NCBI GenBank assembly: GCA_001829315.1
Contig: MIAY01000031.1
Location: forward strand, 18,040-82,039
Length of the DNA: 64,000 nt
From: Spirochaetes bacterium GWE1_32_154
Lineage (GTDB): Bacteria > Spirochaetota > GWE2-31-10
Direction of reading: 5' to 3'
Both the position numbers and the translations under genes were made by a program. Under the pieces are notes generated by a model, which was not told the DNA's origin, searched no databases, and was given only the letters and a program-made list of their open reading frames with translations. This document shows, piece by piece, positions 8,402 to 18,408 of the stretch (position 1 is the first letter of the stretch; each line of letters opens with the position of its first letter).

Positions 8402-10525
8402 ATGAAAATCAATATTAAATTTAAGATTCTGATTATGCTTGCGATACCATTCATTTCTATTATATATTTCGGGGTATCCAACTATTTGGACAATGTTAAA
8501 GAATTCAAAACCTTTAAATCAATGAGACTGAATATCAGTCAAATGACTAATTCATCTTTTATTATACATCAGTTACAAATTGAAAGAGGCAGAACCAGCT
8601 TGTTTCTTAATAAAAGCTTTTCAGAAAATGATTTAAAAAAAGTACGCGAAAATACAAATACTTCAATTGAAAAAGCATTAACCAATAAAAACAACAGTAA
8701 AGAATACTTTGAAAATATTACGACGATCAATACAAACCTGTTGCATTTTCGAAAAAAAGTTGATGCAAATTCTACTGATTTTACAACGAGTGTTACAGAA
8801 TATACCAATTTAATTTCAGTACTTATGAATGATTTATTAACCGCAGTAAACGGACCGACTACAAAAGGTGTAGGAAAAAATATTTCTGCAATAATTGAAG
8901 TCGAAATTGCCAAAGAGAATCTTGGATTATTACGGGGATATACATCAGGTTTTATTTCCTCGAACAAATCAATGAATTCAACAGAATTTACTCGAGTGAC
9001 AAAGTATTTCTTAAATGGAATTAACTTCACCGCTAATGAATATTTAGCTTTTTCAAATGATGCAAAAAATAGTATACAGAAACTGACAGAAAGCTCAAGC
9101 TGGCTGAAAATGAATGACTTTTATTTAACCATTGTTGAAAATTATAGAACAGGAAATTATGGTATTGATTCTGAAGACTTTTTTCTTACTATTACAACCG
9201 TTATCGATCAGATAAATGCAATTCGTGAATTAGAAATTAATAAACAAATTTCATTTATTGCAAAAATCGAAAAAGAAATAAAGTTTCAACTTTTATTTAT
9301 GATTATATTAAGTTCTATTATTATTATATTAACAATAATAGTTGGATATGGTTTTTCTAATCTCATTGCAAAACCACTAAAAAAAACAATACATATAATG
9401 GAAGATATTTCAAAAGGCGAGGGTGATTTAACAACAACAATTTCAATTACCAGCAACGATGAATTGAGTCTTTTTGCACTTCACTTTAATAATTTCATCG
9501 GTAAATTACGCGATATTATACAAACCGCAAAATCTGTCAGTGAACAGGGGCTGAAAATCAGCCATGAACTTGCAAATAAATCAGTTAATGCATCTAACTC
9601 GATTACTGATATAAACAAATCAATGAATGAAATGAAGGATAAAACTGATACCCTTGATACTAAAATTAAGGATGCATCAGGTTCAACAAAAGAAATTACC
9701 GGTTCTTTACTGAAGATTGTAGATCTTATTGAAGACCAGGCGTCGGCGGTTAACGAGTCTTCTGCGTCAATTGAAGAAATGGCAGCATCTATTGTTAATG
9801 TTGCTAAAATAACCAATGATAGAAAACAATTTACCGATCAGCTTGCACAAAAAGCAAAAAACGGTGATGAGGGAATGAATGAGACTCTTATTTCAATGAA
9901 TGAAATTTCACAAGGCACCGAATTTATTTTAGACCTTATAGGTGTCATTAACGAGGTTGCCGAGAAAACAGATTTACTTGCAATGAATGCTGCAATTGAA
10001 GCAGCTCATGCCGGTGATGCAGGAAAGGGGTTTGCAGTTGTTGCTGATGAGATACGAAATCTTGCCGAAGCAACGAAGCAAAAATCAGGTGAAATTTCAA
10101 AATCACTTCATGCAATAGCAGATAAAGTTAATTCAACACTTAAAATAACACAAAATACCAGCTGGATTATCGGAGAAATTATTACTGGTATTATTGAAAT
10201 GTCCAATCTTATGAATGAAACTCTTTCTTCAATGAATGAAATGCAGGTTGGTTCTGATCAGATTATAATAGCCTTAAAAAGTCTTGTTGAAATAACCGAA
10301 AATGTCCGGGGGGCTTCAGAAGAAATTAAGGATGGTTCATTAAACATTCAATCAGCAATGGAAAATGTCACTGCGATTTCAACGGACAATCGAAATATTA
10401 TCCATAATTTCGCCCGTGGTATTGAATCAATTTCCGGAAGTATTGAAGATATTGCATTATTGGCAGATAACAGCTCATCGAGTTCCGGGAAACTTGAAAG
10501 TGAATTATCAAAGTTTAAAACATAA
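8402..10525 (+). CDS. Methyl-accepting chemotaxis protein with NIT-like (nitrate/nitrite) sensor domain
   Basis: IHQLQIERG and AKENLGLLRG resemble NIT motifs; HAMP; KTDLLAMNAAIEAAHAG tip; GGGAG RBS before ATG 8402. Confidence 0.85.
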   Translation: MKINIKFKILIMLAIPFISIIYFGVSNYLDNVKEFKTFKSMRLNISQMTNSSFIIHQLQIERGRTSLFLNKSFSENDLKKVRENTNTSIEKALTNKNNSKEYFENITTINTNLLHFRKKVDANSTDFTTSVTEYTNLISVLMNDLLTAVNGPTTKGVGKNISAIIEVEIAKENLGLLRGYTSGFISSNKSMNSTEFTRVTKYFLNGINFTANEYLAFSNDAKNSIQKLTESSSWLKMNDFYLTIVENYRTGNYGIDSEDFFLTITTVIDQINAIRELEINKQISFIAKIEKEIKFQLLFMIILSSIIIILTIIVGYGFSNLIAKPLKKTIHIMEDISKGEGDLTTTISITSNDELSLFALHFNNFIGKLRDIIQTAKSVSEQGLKISHELANKSVNASNSITDINKSMNEMKDKTDTLDTKIKDASGSTKEITGSLLKIVDLIEDQASAVNESSASIEEMAASIVNVAKITNDRKQFTDQLAQKAKNGDEGMNETLISMNEISQGTEFILDLIGVINEVAEKTDLLAMNAAIEAAHAGDAGKGFAVVADEIRNLAEATKQKSGEISKSLHAIADKVNSTLKITQNTSWIIGEIITGIIEMSNLMNETLSSMNEMQVGSDQIIIALKSLVEITENVRGASEEIKDGSLNIQSAMENVTAISTDNRNIIHNFARGIESISGSIEDIALLADNSSSSSGKLESELSKFKT

Positions 10526-10528
10526 GTA

Positions 10529-12349
10529 ATGAAGATTGCACTTATCAGTATTCACGTTCAAAAAGATTCTCATGCGTTTCCGTTGGCTTGTTTGTACTTA
10601 AAGTCTGCAATTTCACATACTAAAAAAGTTGAAAAACGAACAAACGTTGATATTCTTGAGTATTATCTTGACACAGATATTGAAACCATTGTTAATGATA
10701 TTTCTGTAAAAAACTATGATATGGCTGGTTTTTCGATCTATTCCTGGAATAAAAATATGTTCCGGCAAATTGCCCTGCGTTTACAAAATAAGCACATTAT
10801 TCTATTTGCAGGCGGTCCGGAAGTAACTGCTTCAAGTCAGGAGATTCTTGATGAGATGCAACTTGATTTTGTCATTCGGGGGGATGGTGAAGATGCTTTT
10901 CTTGAAACCATTCAATCATTTCTTGACGGTAAAAAGGTATGGGAATATGGTAGAATCATTGAAAAAAAAGCTCTCCATGAAAATCTTTTTTCACCATTTT
11001 TTAAAACAGGTATTTCATGGGAAAATTACACCGGTACTTTATGGGAGTTGTCCCGTGGATGTCCTTATAAATGTTCATTTTGTTTTGAATCCAAAAATGA
11101 AACATCAGTCAGAAGTTTTCCTTTTAAACGAATAGAAAAAGAATTTAAATCAATACAAAAAAGCGGTGTTTCACGAGTATTTGTACTTGATCCTACATTT
11201 AATTATGATAAAAAAAGGGCAAAAAAGCTGTTGCAACTATTTATTAAAAGCAAAACAAATATCCATTTTACCATTGAAATCCGGGTTGAGTTGCTTGATG
11301 AAGAACTGATTTCATTATTCAGTTTGATTAATTGCTCACTTCAAGCGGGTCTTCAAAGCTCAGACACATATGTGCTTGCACATATTAATCGTACTTTTGA
11401 TAAAGAAAAATATACAAAAAACGCTCTTTTACTTAATAAAAACAATGTTGTCTTTGGGCTTGATCTTATTTATGGCTTACCCGGTCAGAATCTTGATTCA
11501 TTTAAAGATAGTCTTGATTATGCATTGAGTGTTACACCCAATCATCTTGATATTTTTCCCTTATCACTACTGAAAGGGACACAACTATACGACAAAAGAG
11601 TTGAATTTGGTTTCAATTACGACAAAGAAGCGCCCTATACGGTGTTCTCAACTCCTTCGATGAACACCGCTGATATGCAAAAAGCTACGCTGTTAAAAAA
11701 GGCAGTTGATATTTTGTATAATCAAGCCGGTGCTGTTGGGTGGTTTGCTATCGTACTTTCTGTTATACCACTAAAACCGTCTGACTTTTTGTATAATTTT
11801 ATTCTTTTCCATGAGAAAACAGGTCGTTCTGCAGATGGCATTGATTCTATTGTATTATTTATAGAAAACATGAATATTGAAGCAGATTTAAAAACAGTTT
11901 TAGTCGATCTGATCAGGTTGCATTACTCAATGAAAAGATCACTTTTAAGCGGATTTTCAACTATTAATATCCAAAAGATTAAAAAAAATACACTTTTGAA
12001 AAAACAATACGATATGTGCAAAGGAACAGAGCTTTTAATGTTACGGTATAATCCTGATAATCTTTGCATGATTGTGCCATCAACTCAAACTTTGGAAAAC
12101 GCAGAAGCGTATGAATACTCAACACCGGTTCACATATTTAATAAACTGAACCAGAGTGATATGTACTATGTGATAGTTTATAATTGTAGTGGTACCATTA
12201 ATTATATGGTATTGGATAGAGAGTTTTTTGATATTTTGAAAAACATACAGTCAGGAGTAGTAAGTCCTTTTAGCAATACACCTCATGATGTAATTAATGA
12301 CTTTTTGCAATTTTGTTTGAGTTCAGCTATAATTACCCAGAGGATGTAG
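10529..12349 (+). CDS. B12-binding domain radical SAM protein
   Basis: GFSIYSWN / GGPEVT / GDGE cobalamin-binding region; SRGCPYKCSFC; DLIYGLPGQ. Confidence 0.88.
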   Translation: MKIALISIHVQKDSHAFPLACLYLKSAISHTKKVEKRTNVDILEYYLDTDIETIVNDISVKNYDMAGFSIYSWNKNMFRQIALRLQNKHIILFAGGPEVTASSQEILDEMQLDFVIRGDGEDAFLETIQSFLDGKKVWEYGRIIEKKALHENLFSPFFKTGISWENYTGTLWELSRGCPYKCSFCFESKNETSVRSFPFKRIEKEFKSIQKSGVSRVFVLDPTFNYDKKRAKKLLQLFIKSKTNIHFTIEIRVELLDEELISLFSLINCSLQAGLQSSDTYVLAHINRTFDKEKYTKNALLLNKNNVVFGLDLIYGLPGQNLDSFKDSLDYALSVTPNHLDIFPLSLLKGTQLYDKRVEFGFNYDKEAPYTVFSTPSMNTADMQKATLLKKAVDILYNQAGAVGWFAIVLSVIPLKPSDFLYNFILFHEKTGRSADGIDSIVLFIENMNIEADLKTVLVDLIRLHYSMKRSLLSGFSTINIQKIKKNTLLKKQYDMCKGTELLMLRYNPDNLCMIVPSTQTLENAEAYEYSTPVHIFNKLNQSDMYYVIVYNCSGTINYMVLDREFFDILKNIQSGVVSPFSNTPHDVINDFLQFCLSSAIITQRM

Positions 12350-12350
12350 T

Positions 12351-14288
12351 ATGACAAAAGGTAGAATACTTATTGTTGATGATTCACTTATAAGTCGTGA
12401 GATTCTTGCAAATGCCTTAGTAGAATCTGAATTTGAGGTTTCATCCGTATCTAGCGGTGAAAAAGCTCTGCAAAAAATCGAACAGTTTAATCCCGAACTG
12501 ATACTGCTTGATATTAATATGCCCGGTATGAACGGGTTTCAATTCTGCGATATTCTCAAAAACGAAATGAATCGGCGTGATATACTCATTATTTTTATTA
12601 CAGGCAGTAAAAATAAAGAAATAACATCAAAAGGGTTTGCCTGCGGATGTGTTGATTTTATAACTAAACCGTATGAAATCGAAGAGTTAATCGCACGTGT
12701 TACCGTTCATCTTAATTTAAAACATTCAGAGAAAAGACTTACTGAATTGAAAACGATTGCTGATGAAGCAAATACAGCTAAGAGTGATTTCCTTGCAAAC
12801 ATGAGTCATGAAATACGAACCCCGATGAGTGCAATCATTGGTTTTACCGAGATTTTGTTATCAACGCACATTTCTGCAATTCAACGGGATTACCTTGAAA
12901 TGATAGAGATTTCTGCTAATTCATTACTCGATATTATTAACGACATTTTAGATTTTTCAAAACTGGAATCAGGTAAGTTTACAATCTCTCCTTCTTCCTG
13001 TAATGTAAAGAGCAATATTACATCAATAATTCACACATATTCAATTCAATCACTGAAAAAAGGAGTTGAATTACTGTATCAGATTGATGATTCAATACCT
13101 GAATTTATTATTGCCGATTCAACCCGTTTACGACAGGTTTTAATTAATCTGATTAGTAATGCTATAAAATTTACTGATCAGGGAAGTGTTTTTTTACGGA
13201 TTCAAAAAAAACTAAAAAATAACGTTGCAATGCTTCATTTTTCTATTGAAGACACCGGGTTAGGTATTTCACCTGAAAAAATGAGTCTGTTATTTGAAAA
13301 ATTCACTCAGATTGAAAATAAAAATACAAAAAAATACAAGGGATCAGGTCTTGGTCTGGTTATTTGTAAATCGCTTGTTGAGCTAATGGGTGGCACTATA
13401 CATGTGAGCAGCCGGCTTTCGCAGGGCTCAACATTCAGTTTTGAAATACCTCTGATAGAAGATACAAACATACAAGATAATGAAATAATAGAAGAACTCA
13501 CTGTACCTTATGAAAATAATCTGTCACTTAACATACTTCTTGCTGATGATTATTTTGTGAACCAGAAAATGATAACTGCAATACTTTTAAAAAAAGGCTG
13601 GAATGTCAGCATTGCATCAACCGGAATTGAAGCTCTCAATAAAATTGAAGAGTCAAAATTCGATATTATTTTAATGGATATGCACATGCCCGAAATGGAC
13701 GGTATTACAGCAACGACTATTATCCGGGAAAGTGAAAAATTAAGCGGTATTCATGTACCGATTATTGCTTTAACAGCAAGTGCTTTTGAACAGGATAAAA
13801 AAAAATGCCTTGAATCCGGAATGGATGATTTTATTTCAAAACCTGTTGATACTGAGCTATTATATCAAATCATTATTAAATATGCTGGTGATAAAGTAAA
13901 ACAATGTAAGTCTGATGCTGAATATGAAACAGACGATAAAAAACTTTATACACCGTCATATACCTATTTTAACTATGAAAATTTTGAAGGAATGGATAAA
14001 AACAATCTTGATGAGATTAAACAATATTATCTTTTAGACTTTCCAAATCAGTTAAAAATACTTGAATTAGCCATTAACGATTTAAACTGGAAACAAATAC
14101 ATGAAGCATCGCATAAGTTAAAAGGAAGTTTACTGAATATAAAAGCAGAAGAAGCCATTAAAATTGCATTACATATCGAATATTGCGGAAAAGTACAACG
14201 GGACACCCGTTTATCAGAAAGTTTTACCTCCTTAAAAAAGATAACTGAGTCAATTATCAATGAGATTGGCAGATCACTTGAGACATAG
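12351..14288 (+). CDS. Hybrid sensor histidine kinase (REC-HisKA-HATPase-REC-Hpt)
   Basis: LLDINMP; FLANMSHEIRTP; NAIKFT; GSGLGL; LMDMHMP; HKLKGS Hpt. Confidence 0.92.
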   Translation: MTKGRILIVDDSLISREILANALVESEFEVSSVSSGEKALQKIEQFNPELILLDINMPGMNGFQFCDILKNEMNRRDILIIFITGSKNKEITSKGFACGCVDFITKPYEIEELIARVTVHLNLKHSEKRLTELKTIADEANTAKSDFLANMSHEIRTPMSAIIGFTEILLSTHISAIQRDYLEMIEISANSLLDIINDILDFSKLESGKFTISPSSCNVKSNITSIIHTYSIQSLKKGVELLYQIDDSIPEFIIADSTRLRQVLINLISNAIKFTDQGSVFLRIQKKLKNNVAMLHFSIEDTGLGISPEKMSLLFEKFTQIENKNTKKYKGSGLGLVICKSLVELMGGTIHVSSRLSQGSTFSFEIPLIEDTNIQDNEIIEELTVPYENNLSLNILLADDYFVNQKMITAILLKKGWNVSIASTGIEALNKIEESKFDIILMDMHMPEMDGITATTIIRESEKLSGIHVPIIALTASAFEQDKKKCLESGMDDFISKPVDTELLYQIIIKYAGDKVKQCKSDAEYETDDKKLYTPSYTYFNYENFEGMDKNNLDEIKQYYLLDFPNQLKILELAINDLNWKQIHEASHKLKGSLLNIKAEEAIKIALHIEYCGKVQRDTRLSESFTSLKKITESIINEIGRSLET

Positions 14289-14314
14289 GGCTTTTTTTAT
14301 AATTAAAAAAACTA

Positions 14315-14770
14315 TTATTCTTTAGAACCGAAAAGTTTCGCTGCAAGTTTACCGGAAACAATTCTAAATGTAACAACTCCGCTTGTAGTGACTATACCAT
14401 CGTCCTTGTATAGTTCAACAGAGACTTCAGCATACTTAACATCCATTTTCAGTATTTTTGCTTTCGCAAATATGTCACCATTTGATACTGTTAGCGGTCT
14501 GTGATAATTTACATTAAGATTGACCGTCATAACTGTTTTGTTATGAAATGCATCAACAGCCCATGCGGCTGCTTCATCAATAATCGTAGCCTGTACACCA
14601 CCATGAACAATATTGTCATAACCGGCAAACCGGAGATCGGGTTTCCAAATTGCAATAAGTGTACCGTTATCATCAAAAAATGTAAGTTTTAATCCTGCAT
14701 CATTATGGGGTGCACAGCCAAAGCAATTATAATCAGGGATATCAAGGAATTTATTTGGTATTTCTTTCAC
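14315..14770 (-). CDS. PaaI family hotdog thioesterase
   Basis: CFGC..N..GL and HGGVQATIIDE motifs; GTG start directly follows the cyclase stop. Confidence 0.88.
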   Translation of the reverse strand: MKEIPNKFLDIPDYNCFGCAPHNDAGLKLTFFDDNGTLIAIWKPDLRFAGYDNIVHGGVQATIIDEAAAWAVDAFHNKTVMTVNLNVNYHRPLTVSNGDIFAKAKILKMDVKYAEVSVELYKDDGIVTTSGVVTFRIVSGKLAAKLFGSKE

Positions 14771-16666
14771 TTATTTCTCCACGGCATCATACGTTGCATC
14801 CCAATACTGAGTATCCAATAAACCTTTATTTTGCTTTTCGATTAATGCAGTTACCCGGTTATAATAAAAAAGCACAAGCGGATCTATCGGCAAATTCTGA
14901 AAATAGGAGTGAGACGGTAATGTATCTAATAATGTCCTATATATTTTCTGTGCTGCTTCAAAATTTTTGTTATAATAATGATCATACGCTTCTTCCAAAG
15001 CCCCTTTCATGTTTTTCTTTAATGCAATAACATTTTCTCTCTCGTAATCATATACTTCATACACAGATATTGGTTTATTACGCCCCTTAACCCTCACTCT
15101 ATCAATAAAACGAATCTGGTAAAGATCTTTTAGAACCTGTTTAAGATCCTCAGAAATAATGAAACCAACCCTATATTCCTTCGTCAGTGCTTCAAGACGG
15201 GATGCAACATTTACTGTATCACCAATTAATGTATAATCAAGTTTGTTGACAGAACCGATATTTCCGACAATAACATGACCATTGGTAATACCTATACCGG
15301 TATTTATAATATCTTTGCCCTCGGACGCTAATTTTTTATTGTATTCACTGACCTTTAATTTAATAGCAATACCTGCTTTAACCGCATTATCCGGGTCGCT
15401 AAACCCTGCCATAACCGAGTCACCGATAAGTTTATCAATTTCACCGTGATTAGTATTGATAACTTCATTAACATTGTTATAATAATCATTAAGAAATGTA
15501 ACAACATCAAGTGCATTAAGATTTTCGGTTATCGTTGTAAACTGCCTGATATCATTAAATAAAACAGAAAGATTTCTTTGTTCCGGGATAAATGTTGACG
15601 GGTCTTCACCACCTTTTATTTTCTGGATAAGTGAATATCGTGTATACACTTCCATAATCCGTAACCTTCTGTCAGATTCGGATAAAGCCTGCTTTAATTC
15701 AAACAATTGGAGATTTGTAAATTCAATTTGCTTTTCTATTTCACTTAATGATTTAAGAAGAAGGTTTTGTCCTTTTAAAGCATTATGTAAGCGTTTAAAT
15801 AGTGAGTGTTCCTTCCATTTTAAATGGAATAAACAATACGGGGCATTATAGATTTCACCTTTAAATAATATCGTTCTTTTCCCGATCTTAAAATCATCAA
15901 TCACCCTTAAAGCATTTTTATTTGTACCATTTTCAACGACTGAATTTATATAAACCTGATTATTTCCAATTTTTTTTGTTGCCAGCTCTACAAATTCTGC
16001 TACCGGGTTACCGTTAACTGTCAGATATTTATCATTTTTTTCTACTTTTAAATTATAGTACCCGTACCCGTAGGTTAAAAGATTTTCCAGTCTTTTTGAA
16101 CAAATAACATGGTCAACCGAATAGTTTTTTATATTGTGAATCTCAAAGTTCGCTTTCCAGACACCTTCAGTAAATCGACACTCACCACCGACACTTGCCT
16201 GATTATAAAAAGGGTAATCTTCCTGAATTAAGTATGCTTCACCCCTTTTAAAAAGGGCAGGTATAATATTATATTCATTATTAAATTTTCTAATATTCTT
16301 CTCTACTTCCTTAATGATTTTACCGGCAGACATAGCTTTAAAAAATATCATAAATAATGAATTATCAGAAAACCTGAAAAACCGTCCTGCCTCGACATAA
16401 TCATGGTGAGTAAATGTATCATAACCGTATTTAAAAAGATTTATATGAAATAACTGCTCATCTCGAGAATTGATCCAGTTTTTAGGATTATTAAACTCTT
16501 CTTTTGTCATCGTTAAACCGCGAAGCAAATCATCTTCTTTATAACCATACTCTTTGACAAAATAATTTTTCATCGCTATATAATTTTCACAGGAAGCACC
16601 GGGAATCATTTTTAATTCGAGATACGAAATATCCTTTTTATAAATGAGATCTTTCCATTCAGCCAT
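14771..16666 (-). CDS. Class III adenylate/guanylate cyclase with uncharacterised N-terminal domain
   Basis: VLFNDIRQFT, IDKLIGDSVMA and DYTLIGDTVNVASRLE; K and D specificity residues suggest ATP as substrate. Confidence 0.88.
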   Translation of the reverse strand: MAEWKDLIYKKDISYLELKMIPGASCENYIAMKNYFVKEYGYKEDDLLRGLTMTKEEFNNPKNWINSRDEQLFHINLFKYGYDTFTHHDYVEAGRFFRFSDNSLFMIFFKAMSAGKIIKEVEKNIRKFNNEYNIIPALFKRGEAYLIQEDYPFYNQASVGGECRFTEGVWKANFEIHNIKNYSVDHVICSKRLENLLTYGYGYYNLKVEKNDKYLTVNGNPVAEFVELATKKIGNNQVYINSVVENGTNKNALRVIDDFKIGKRTILFKGEIYNAPYCLFHLKWKEHSLFKRLHNALKGQNLLLKSLSEIEKQIEFTNLQLFELKQALSESDRRLRIMEVYTRYSLIQKIKGGEDPSTFIPEQRNLSVLFNDIRQFTTITENLNALDVVTFLNDYYNNVNEVINTNHGEIDKLIGDSVMAGFSDPDNAVKAGIAIKLKVSEYNKKLASEGKDIINTGIGITNGHVIVGNIGSVNKLDYTLIGDTVNVASRLEALTKEYRVGFIISEDLKQVLKDLYQIRFIDRVRVKGRNKPISVYEVYDYERENVIALKKNMKGALEEAYDHYYNKNFEAAQKIYRTLLDTLPSHSYFQNLPIDPLVLFYYNRVTALIEKQNKGLLDTQYWDATYDAVEK

Positions 16667-16707
16667 GTATTTAAACCGCCTTTAAGAAACAAGTATATTC
16701 AAAAATC

Positions 16708-16736
16708 ACTATAGATGATAAATAATTGAATGTCAA
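16708..16736 (-). promoter_or_regulatory. sigma70 promoter for the cyclase-thioesterase pair
   Basis: TTGACA-N17-TATAGT on the minus strand. Confidence 0.6.
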
Positions 16737-16760
16737 ATATACATGTACAATAAAGGCGCC

Positions 16761-17117
16761 TTAAATCAACTTCTTAACGGTTTCAATTAATTTTTCCTGT
16801 GTAAACGGTTTAATTAACCAGGCTGAGGCACCTGCTGAAATCCCCTCGTTCTTCTTGTTTTCCTCACTTTCTGTTGTTAACATAATAATTGGTGTGTATT
16901 TATTTGAACCGGTAGAACGGATATTTTTTATAAATTCAATTCCGTTCATTTCCGGCATATACAAATCTGTGATTATCAGTTTAAACTTATTACCGAGAAG
17001 ATCACAACCCAATTTACCGTTTTCAGCTTTGATACAGTCAAACCCATTTTCACAAAGCGTAAAGTCAATCATGTTTCTCATAGATGATGAATCATCAACA
17101 ATTAATATACTGTCCAT
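16761..17117 (-). CDS. cheY: Chemotaxis response regulator CheY
   Basis: Single REC domain (IVDDS, ITDLYMP, LTTES, WLIKPF) at the end of the che operon. Confidence 0.88.
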   Translation of the reverse strand: MDSILIVDDSSSMRNMIDFTLCENGFDCIKAENGKLGCDLLGNKFKLIITDLYMPEMNGIEFIKNIRSTGSNKYTPIIMLTTESEENKKNEGISAGASAWLIKPFTQEKLIETVKKLI

Positions 17118-17133
17118 TTTAAACCTCCTTATA

Positions 17134-18408
17134 TTAATTCCCTAATACCTTTTTCATAATTTCTCTTTCATGCTCCATTGTATACATACTGTTCATCCAT
17201 GCTTCAACGTTTCCCTTGTCAGATACTGAATTAACTGACTCTTTTTTTGAAATGCTACTATACGAACCGGATAGTTCCTCATAAAGATCATTCAAAGGAG
17301 TAATCACATGCTCTAAACGCTGTCTTGTAATATCCTGGAATTGTATTGAAACAACAATCTGCCCGATACTTTTTGAAATATGCTCTGTCATTGCTTTAAA
17401 ATTCTCAAAACCTTCCGACATTGATGAAATCTGCATATCCATTAAAGTAAGCATCTCGTTAATTCTTTTTTCAGCGTTATCTGAAATATCAATATTCTCC
17501 TGTACCGAAGACTCAATATTCGATAATATAGTTGTAGAATGATGAATTGTGTTTTTTATCAATCCGTTAATCTCGATTAATGAACCATCGATTTTTTCTG
17601 AGAGTCCTTTTATTTCCCTTGAGATTATAGAAAACGCTTTCCCATGCTCGCCTGCACGTGCAGCCACTATTCCTGCATTAAGAGACAGAACTTGAGTTTT
17701 CTGTTGAAATTCCTGAATCTTCAAAAAAACATCACCGATGTTTCCAAGATTTCCTGTTATATAACTGATACCAGAGAACATTTCATTTAGTTTACCGGTA
17801 ATGTCATTAAAATTTTTCATGAGTGTTGCAAGAAACTGTTTGTTATATTCAAAAATATTCGAGTCAGCACCATCTGCATTGTGCTTATTAAAACTTTGCT
17901 CAGTTATCTGAGTATGTTCTTTTGTTTTTTTATTTATAACTCTAAATGAGTCAATCAAAGATGAAGCTGCCTCATCTGTTAATTGAATTACTGCATTTAT
18001 CTGATTTGAATACACCGGTAAAAGGTCAATTTTCGGTTTTATCTTTTTTATTACGGCTAAAGCAGATTCTTCCATTTGTTCAACTTCTTCAGTATGATTA
18101 CGTATGAGAGTATGTATTTGAGCATCTTTTTCAATAAGTTGGTTTGTTAATACATTCACTTCAATCTGATTATCGTCAATAATTCTCCTGATGAGTGCAG
18201 ACCGTTTGCTACTGATCATTTTAAAAGCTGTGATTACAAGCAAAGTCCCGGCTAAAACAAAACCGCATTGAAGAACATGAAAATTAAAAAACTGAAGTAT
18301 AATCAAAACAATGCAAATGATAGAAAAACCAATCAATACGGCATTTTCCTTTATTGTTATTGTTTGAATCATTTTTTCAATTTCTTTACTCTTATTTGTA
18401 CTATTCAT
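17134..18408 (-). CDS. Atypical short MCP-like protein
   Basis: Two TM segments; [23 protein letters not shown] tip; C-terminal QFQDITRQRLEHV. Confidence 0.8.
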   Translation of the reverse strand: MNSTNKSKEIEKMIQTITIKENAVLIGFSIICIVLIILQFFNFHVLQCGFVLAGTLLVITAFKMISSKRSALIRRIIDDNQIEVNVLTNQLIEKDAQIHTLIRNHTEEVEQMEESALAVIKKIKPKIDLLPVYSNQINAVIQLTDEAASSLIDSFRVINKKTKEHTQITEQSFNKHNADGADSNIFEYNKQFLATLMKNFNDITGKLNEMFSGISYITGNLGNIGDVFLKIQEFQQKTQVLSLNAGIVAARAGEHGKAFSIISREIKGLSEKIDGSLIEINGLIKNTIHHSTTILSNIESSVQENIDISDNAEKRINEMLTLMDMQISSMSEGFENFKAMTEHISKSIGQIVVSIQFQDITRQRLEHVITPLNDLYEELSGSYSSISKKESVNSVSDKGNVEAWMNSMYTMEHEREIMKKVLGN

